This document shows positions 21,869-26,898 of a stretch of 26,898 bases of DNA, one piece after another; the stretch's first letter is position 1; each line of letters begins with the position of its first letter. The position numbers were made by a program, and so were the translations under genes. The notes beneath the pieces were generated by a model that was given only the letters and a program-made list of their open reading frames with translations, ran no database searches and was not told the DNA's origin. The DNA is from a virus (lineage: Duplodnaviria; Caudoviricetes): positions 1 to 26,898 of the IMG/VR virus record IMGVR_UViG_3300016469_000176. One strand, written 5' to 3'.

Positions 21869-22581
21869 TGACCAAGCTTAGCGCAAAACTTATCGCGCTG
21901 ACACAACCTCTTATTGAGCTAAGGGTTCCTAATGCTGAGGGGCTCTTAGCTTATTGTGCTAGGGTCAGCAATCCAAAACACCAAGACAAAGAGTTGGGTT
22001 CCCTTTTAGACTACTGTGTTCGTAATCGTCACTGGTCAATTTTCCAAATGGTAAATGCTGTTATGGAAGTTGAAGGGCCAAGAGATATTACGAGGCAGTT
22101 TACTAGGCACTCTAGTCTGTACACTCCCGGTGATCCTTTTGATACCCCCGGCTTTGATATCTCTTATGGGGGTGTTCAGGAGTTTAGCCAACGTTACTCT
22201 GACGAGATTGAATTTACTGATCGAGAGTTTCGCAGGCAAGATACCAAGAACCGTCAAAATTCTATTGACGATCTTCCAGAAGTTGTCCAAAGCGAATCTG
22301 CTATTATTGTGGATGATACTATTAAAATCGCCACAGAAGACTATGCTTTGATGAGAACTTGTGGAGTAGCAAAAGAGTGCGCCAGGGTAATCCTCCCTGA
22401 GGGTCTTACTATGTCGCGCCTGTATGTCAATGGCACACTACGTTCTTGGTTGCATTATCTTGATGTTCGTGATGATCCCTGCGTAACTCAATGGGAACAT
22501 GTCCTTCTAGCGAGGAAAATTAGAAAGGCTCTAGAGCCAGCTTTCCCAAATGTGTTTAAGGGACTACAAAATAATGAATGA
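21868..22581 (+). CDS. thyX: Flavin-dependent thymidylate synthase
   Basis: AYCARVSNP, HWSIF, RQFTRH...QEFSQRY, RRQDTKNRQNS, AKECARVILP, GTLRSWLHY, TQWEH. Confidence 0.93.
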   Translation: MTKLSAKLIALTQPLIELRVPNAEGLLAYCARVSNPKHQDKELGSLLDYCVRNRHWSIFQMVNAVMEVEGPRDITRQFTRHSSLYTPGDPFDTPGFDISYGGVQEFSQRYSDEIEFTDREFRRQDTKNRQNSIDDLPEVVQSESAIIVDDTIKIATEDYALMRTCGVAKECARVILPEGLTMSRLYVNGTLRSWLHYLDVRDDPCVTQWEHVLLARKIRKALEPAFPNVFKGLQNNE

Positions 22582-23293
22582 AAAATACTTACTGTTCGAT
22601 GGAGACGTTCTTGTATACCGCTGCGCTTGGGCAGAGAAAGACTCTGATGAAGAAACAGCAAAGCTTAAGTTGGATGAGTTAATTGGACACATTGTCGAAG
22701 AAGTCGATCCTTGGGGAACAAAGGACCACAGAAAGTTCTTCCTTACTGGAAGAAGTAACTTTCGTGATGATATTGCCAAAACGGCTGTTTACAAAGGAAA
22801 CCGAAAAGACACAGAAAAACCTCAGCACTTCTCTGCCCTACGAGAACACTTGATTTTCAAGTATGATGCTATCGTAACACAGGGTTGTGAAGCAGATGAT
22901 GCTATCGGTATCTATGCCACTTACTACGGGTATGATCGGTCTATCATCATCTCTATCGACAAAGACTTTGAGCAAATACCTACGACAATCTTCAATCCTT
23001 CCAAGTGGGAATGGAAAGAGATAGACAAATGGACGGCTAAAAAGAACTTCTACAAGCAAATTCTCACTGGCGACCGTGTAGATAATATCATCGGTATTAA
23101 CGGGATTGGGCCTGTTAAAGCTGAAAAGCTTCTTGAGGGTTGTGATAGTGAGAAAGCTTTGTATAGTGCTTGTGTCGATGCTTACTTTCATGCTAACGAA
23201 AATCTTAAAGATGCAGAAGACCGAGTTCTAGAGAACGCTAGATTGCTTTATATCCAACGTTATCCTAATGAATTGTGGGAATCGCCAAAATGA
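22574..23293 (+). CDS. 5'-3' exonuclease (T7 gp6 / FEN family)
   Basis: DGDVLVYR, NFR, YKGNRK, EADD, SIDKD, GDRVDNIIGINGIGP. Confidence 0.93.
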   Translation: MNEKYLLFDGDVLVYRCAWAEKDSDEETAKLKLDELIGHIVEEVDPWGTKDHRKFFLTGRSNFRDDIAKTAVYKGNRKDTEKPQHFSALREHLIFKYDAIVTQGCEADDAIGIYATYYGYDRSIIISIDKDFEQIPTTIFNPSKWEWKEIDKWTAKKNFYKQILTGDRVDNIIGINGIGPVKAEKLLEGCDSEKALYSACVDAYFHANENLKDAEDRVLENARLLYIQRYPNELWESPK

Positions 23294-23607
23294 AAATTGT
23301 TCTCGTTGATGTGGATTACCGAGATGATCTAACGTTTGTGTCTGTTGCTGGTGAGCCTTTTGAAGCAACTCAAGAAGAGTACGATCTTATCCGAAAATTC
23401 TTTACTGTCCGCATTGTGATGGATAAAGAGTATCTTCTGGAAGAAGCGACTAAGCGACAAAAAGAGTTGGAAGCCCTCTTAGCTAAGAGGCGTGAGGATG
23501 AGCAAAAAAGGAAGCTTGCTGCTCAAAAAGCTGCCGAAAAGAGAAAACAATTGATAATGGGGTTAAAGCAACTGGAAAAGCTTAAAAAAGAGTTGGGTGT
23601 GGAATGA
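23290..23607 (+). CDS. Hypothetical coiled-coil protein
   Basis: ATGA overlaps at both ends; charged helical C-terminal half. Confidence 0.7.
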   Translation: MKIVLVDVDYRDDLTFVSVAGEPFEATQEEYDLIRKFFTVRIVMDKEYLLEEATKRQKELEALLAKRREDEQKRKLAAQKAAEKRKQLIMGLKQLEKLKKELGVE

Positions 23608-23951
23608 AACCATCTTCCGCTAAAGCAAAAGGTAGAAGTTTTCAACAAGAAGTCAGAGACAAAATCCTTGAAAGATTTAAATCTTTAGAACCGGGTGATG
23701 TAGTTTCTACCTCTATGGGTGCAGGCGGTGAAGATGTTAAGTTATCTCCTGCGGCTAGGAAGCTTCTACCTATTCAAACGGAATGTAAACGTATCAAGTC
23801 AGCAATCGGGATTTACAAGTGGTATGGTCAAGCCAAGGCGCACGGGCCACACGAGCCAGTGGTGTTTATTAGGGCTGACAGGCAACCCGCACTTGTGATC
23901 TTGTCTGCGGATACTTATCTAGACTTGATGAAGAGAGTGAGTGAAAAATGA
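23604..23951 (+). CDS. Putative Holliday junction resolvase (PD-(D/E)xK)
   Basis: SAKAKGRSFQQ, GEDV, TECKR, QA...EPVVF. Confidence 0.8.
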   Translation: MKPSSAKAKGRSFQQEVRDKILERFKSLEPGDVVSTSMGAGGEDVKLSPAARKLLPIQTECKRIKSAIGIYKWYGQAKAHGPHEPVVFIRADRQPALVILSADTYLDLMKRVSEK

Positions 23952-24172
23952 AGCCTCTGCGAGTGTATAATCTAGTAGAAGGACCAATCAGCACATACGA
24001 CATTCCAGATTGGAATGAGCCTCATGGTTGGTTGATTGTTGTTCTTGTGGAACAAGAGAACGGTGCTTTAGAAGAGGAAGAGATTGTTATGCAAACCTTC
24101 GACGAAGCGTATGAGGTTGTGAAGTGGTTCAAGGTTCAAATCGTTCCTTTTGAAGTTTATGGGTATGCTTGA
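23948..24172 (+). CDS. Hypothetical acidic protein
   Basis: ATGA overlap; 74 aa. Confidence 0.72.
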   Translation: MKPLRVYNLVEGPISTYDIPDWNEPHGWLIVVLVEQENGALEEEEIVMQTFDEAYEVVKWFKVQIVPFEVYGYA

Positions 24173-24366
24173 TGACAACTGTAGAAAAAGCTCTTAAAGC
24201 TATTGCTGACGGTTATGAGTACCGTATTCAACCCCCGATGATAGAAAAGGGTTGGTTCACAGGTTTTATTGCTGTAGATAACCCTGATTTTAGAAAGGAT
24301 GACGGCCTTGAGAAGAGTGAATATCCTGAGTATGTTCGAGTGGAATTGGTAGAAAAGAATGGGTAA
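24169..24366 (+). CDS. Hypothetical protein
   Basis: Coupled to both neighbours; 65 aa. Confidence 0.65.
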   Translation: MMTTVEKALKAIADGYEYRIQPPMIEKGWFTGFIAVDNPDFRKDDGLEKSEYPEYVRVELVEKNG

Positions 24367-25132
24367 AACTGCCATAGTCTGGTCCTGTGGACATGCCAAG
24401 CCAGAAGTCAGTAACGAGCGATACAATTGGTTAGGTGATCTGATTGAAGATATCGAACCTGACTATGTAGTAGATTTGGGCGATGGTGCGGATATGTCAT
24501 CCCTCAATAGCTATGACACTCGTTATCCTAAAGCTATTGTTGCTCAGAGTTACGAAGCGGATATTGACAGTTACAACGACGCGCAAGCTAGATTGTGGGA
24601 ACGCTATAGCTTAAAGAAAAAGCGTAGGCCATACCGCATTGGACTAGAGGGAAACCATGAAAACCGGATCAAGAAAGCTGTTGCTCTAGACCCTCGTATT
24701 GAGGGTGGACGTTACGGTATCTCTTTCAAACATCTACAAACAGATCATTGGTTCGATGAATACCACGAATACGAGAACTCTGGCCCAGCTATTGTTGACT
24801 TGGATGGGGTATCTTATTCTCACTTCTTTAGTGCTGGTAATTATGGGACTGCTATCTCTGGCCTTCATCACGCTTACTCACTCCTACAACACCGTCATTA
24901 TTCTTCTACCTGCGGTCATAGTCATAAGCGTGGTCTATATTTTCGGGATAGTGCTTACCCTCGCCCTATTATCGGGCTTGTGGCAGGTAACTTTAAAGGT
25001 AAAGAGGAAGCTTGGGCAGGGCAGTCAAACACCGAGTGGTGGTCTGGTGTGATTATCAAGAGAGAGATTGATAATGGGGTTTATGATCCTGAATTTGTAT
25101 CAATGGAAAGGTTGAGAAAAGCTTATGGCTGA
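24359..25132 (+). CDS. Calcineurin-like metallophosphoesterase
   Basis: DLGDGAD, GNHE, SH and GHSH motifs; the first DxH motif reads SCGH. Confidence 0.88.
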   Translation: MGKTAIVWSCGHAKPEVSNERYNWLGDLIEDIEPDYVVDLGDGADMSSLNSYDTRYPKAIVAQSYEADIDSYNDAQARLWERYSLKKKRRPYRIGLEGNHENRIKKAVALDPRIEGGRYGISFKHLQTDHWFDEYHEYENSGPAIVDLDGVSYSHFFSAGNYGTAISGLHHAYSLLQHRHYSSTCGHSHKRGLYFRDSAYPRPIIGLVAGNFKGKEEAWAGQSNTEWWSGVIIKREIDNGVYDPEFVSMERLRKAYG

Positions 25133-25187
25133 TATCTGGCTGATTAGCGACACACTCCTAAACATTGAGGAGTTTTTGCGTGGGTAA
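25125..25187 (+). pseudogene. N-terminal remnant of a second metallophosphoesterase
   Basis: MADIWLISDT matches the IW.ISDTH start of phage phosphoesterases, then diverges and stops after 20 codons. Confidence 0.5.
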
Positions 25188-25740
25188 AAGAGAAGAGACT
25201 AAGAAACCTCGCCTAGAACGTGATTGGTATGGGACCAAAGACCCTGCCGCAGCAGCAGCCCTGGCACCTCTCCTCTGGCCTCCTACAGGGCTACAGACAC
25301 GCTACATTGAGCCTTGCGCGGGGGATGGTAGCCTGATCGACTTGCTAGCCTCTAGTGGGCCTCCTGTGACCTGTGTGGCGGCATACGATATTGAACCGCA
25401 AAGGGCTGACATTTTCCAAAAGAACTGTTTGTTTCTTAACAAAGACGATGTAAATGGAGTAGACTGTTTTATCACTAACCCGCCCTATAAGTGGAAAATT
25501 CTTCAACCTATTTTAGAACATTTACCTAGACTGCTACCTGCTTGGCTGCTGCTTCCTGCTGATATGATGCACAACAAACGTATGTCGCCATATATTGACA
25601 TATGTGATACTATTCAATCTGTTGGTAGGTTGTGGTGGTTCGAGAACGAAGATGGCAAGAAAGTCAAAGGTGTTGACAACTTCGCTTGGTTCAAGTTTGA
25701 TTTCAAATACGAAGGTTTTACAAGGTTTTACGGAAGATGA
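25180..25740 (+). CDS. Orphan DNA amino-methyltransferase (probably N6-adenine)
   Basis: GAGGAG RBS with GTG 25180; motif I IEPCAGDG, YDI, motif IV ITNPPY, LLLP. Confidence 0.88.
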   Translation: MGKREETKKPRLERDWYGTKDPAAAAALAPLLWPPTGLQTRYIEPCAGDGSLIDLLASSGPPVTCVAAYDIEPQRADIFQKNCLFLNKDDVNGVDCFITNPPYKWKILQPILEHLPRLLPAWLLLPADMMHNKRMSPYIDICDTIQSVGRLWWFENEDGKKVKGVDNFAWFKFDFKYEGFTRFYGR

Positions 25741-25818
25741 TTTGCTTTGAGCAGGTTTCTCTATTTACTTTTTGGACAACTTGGGCGTCAAATATACCGA
25801 AACAACTGGCTACTATAA

Positions 25819-25974
25819 ATGAGTGACTACGACAAACAAAAAATCCTAGATTTGATTGAGACTTACGGATACGAGGAAATTCTTCTTCGTTTCAACCTCA
25901 CACCTTGGAAAGTCCTGGAAATTCTGGACTCTTTGGGTTATATCTTTCTTGAGCACTTCGATGACGATGAATGA
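25819..25974 (+). CDS. Small acidic hypothetical protein
   Basis: 51 aa MSDYDKQKILDLIETYGYEEILLRFNLTPWKVLEILDSLGYIFLEHFDDDE; more protein-like than ORF-track 25856-26047; weak RBS. Confidence 0.55.
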   Translation: MSDYDKQKILDLIETYGYEEILLRFNLTPWKVLEILDSLGYIFLEHFDDDE

Positions 25975-26036
25975 AAGTGCATGTGTTAGCTTTAACGAAA
26001 GTGTGAGTAGCAAAATTATGAAACGCAGGGTCTCTG

Positions 26037-26435
26037 ATGAAAACTAAAACTAACTACGAGAAAGTCCGGGAGTTCCATCAAGCTTTCGGACAAGACATCG
26101 ACCACAAGATTGTTTTAAGTGAAACAAGCTCTCGACTATTTGCTCTTAGGCGTAGACTTGTTGAAGAAGAATACCAAGAGTTCCTTTCCGCCGCGTTAGA
26201 AATGCCAATCTTTACTAGCGACTTAGAAAACCTTTTAAAAGAAATGGTAGACCTTCTCTACGTTATCTATGGGATGGCTGCAACCTTTGGTTGGGATATC
26301 GACACGGCTTTTAACCGTGTCCACGCAAGTAACATGAGTAAGCTAGGTGCAGATGGTAAACCTATCTATCGTGAAGATGGAAAAGTTTTAAAGTCTAAAA
26401 ACTATATTCCACCTGACCTAAGCGATTTAGTATGA
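26037..26435 (+). CDS. MazG-like NTP pyrophosphohydrolase (PRA-PH / dUTPase-like)
   Basis: VREFHQAFG, LVEEEYQE, KEMVDLLYVIYG, VHASNMSKLG.DGKPIYREDGKVLK. Confidence 0.9.
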   Translation: MKTKTNYEKVREFHQAFGQDIDHKIVLSETSSRLFALRRRLVEEEYQEFLSAALEMPIFTSDLENLLKEMVDLLYVIYGMAATFGWDIDTAFNRVHASNMSKLGADGKPIYREDGKVLKSKNYIPPDLSDLV

Positions 26436-26569
26436 CCATCCAGCAACTAATTGAACTACTACAGAAGCAACGATCCACAAAGAAAGTGTATATATCGCTT
26501 AGTGGGGCTTGCACTGAACTTAAACAAGACAATGTTATTGATCAAGCTTGGGGGGTAGTATTTAGGTGA
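26432..26569 (+). CDS. Small hypothetical protein
   Basis: 45 aa MTIQQLIELLQK...; ATGA and GTGA overlaps. Not in the ORF track. Confidence 0.6.
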   Translation: MTIQQLIELLQKQRSTKKVYISLSGACTELKQDNVIDQAWGVVFR

Positions 26570-26898
26570 AGTTACCTAAGAAAGCATATGATGATCAGAA
26601 GAGACATGCTTCTGCTAGAGGTATCCCATGGAATCTCTCTTACGAAGATTTCCTTGAGTTGTGGTTGGTTTCTGGCAAGTGGAGTCAAAGAGGTAAAAAG
26701 ATAAATGACTTTTGTATGTGTCGATTTGGTGACAAAGGCCCATACTCAAAGACAAATGTTTTTATAGGATCTGTGAAAGACAACCTAAGAGAGCGTTGGG
26801 TTGATAGGGAACTTATAGACAAAGGTAAAGCTGTAGAGATACGTCACCTCTACTCCACCAGGAACCACACCCAACAAGAGATTGCGGATAAATTTGGT
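26566..26898 (+). CDS. HNH-like putative homing endonuclease with C-terminal HTH, truncated by the window edge
   Basis: GTG start; QKRHASARGIPWNLSYEDF, CMCRFGDKGPYSKTNV...N, then EIRHLY...TQQEIADKFG. Confidence 0.75.
   Translation, partial: MKLPKKAYDDQKRHASARGIPWNLSYEDFLELWLVSGKWSQRGKKINDFCMCRFGDKGPYSKTNVFIGSVKDNLRERWVDRELIDKGKAVEIRHLYSTRNHTQQEIADKFG

Noticed and set aside
25180-25740. CcrM-like GANTC methyltransferase or restriction-modification system
   Set aside because: Motif I precedes NPPY, unlike beta-class CcrM; there is no adjacent restriction enzyme and specificity cannot be read from the sequence.
1-26898. Prophage or lysogeny module
   Set aside because: No integrase, repressor or host genes in the window; the T7-like replisome with a Tyr762-type polymerase fits a lytic phage, although the rest of the genome is unseen.

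Overview
The window is a ~27 kb segment of a tailed dsDNA bacteriophage genome. An alphaproteobacterial host is inferred from GANTC-containing promoters; no integrase, repressor or CRISPR array is visible. Transcription diverges from a non-coding control region at ~11.4-12.0 kb. Leftward (- strand): GC-rich small early genes (7.1-11.4 kb), a repeat-rich non-coding block (6.55-7.09 kb), an HNH endonuclease, small accessory genes, a tRNA cluster (intact Met, Pro, Thr plus three degenerate tRNAs), then small and large terminase, portal and a virion protein. Rightward (+ strand): early genes including a four-gene array built from shuffled shared modules (13.05-14.27 kb), an atypical short-variable-arm tRNA-Leu(UAA) with a partial duplicate, and a T7-like replication/nucleotide-metabolism module (primase-helicase, family A polymerase, endonuclease VII, SSB, ThyX, 5'-3' exonuclease, resolvase, metallophosphoesterase, adenine methyltransferase, MazG-like pyrophosphohydrolase, HNH-like nuclease). 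The best leads are the modular gene array, the tRNA-Leu(UAA) together with strongly uneven TTA codon use, two promoter-driven structured RNA candidates, and GANTC-coupled promoters. All calls come from manual reading; no database searches or folding programs were run.
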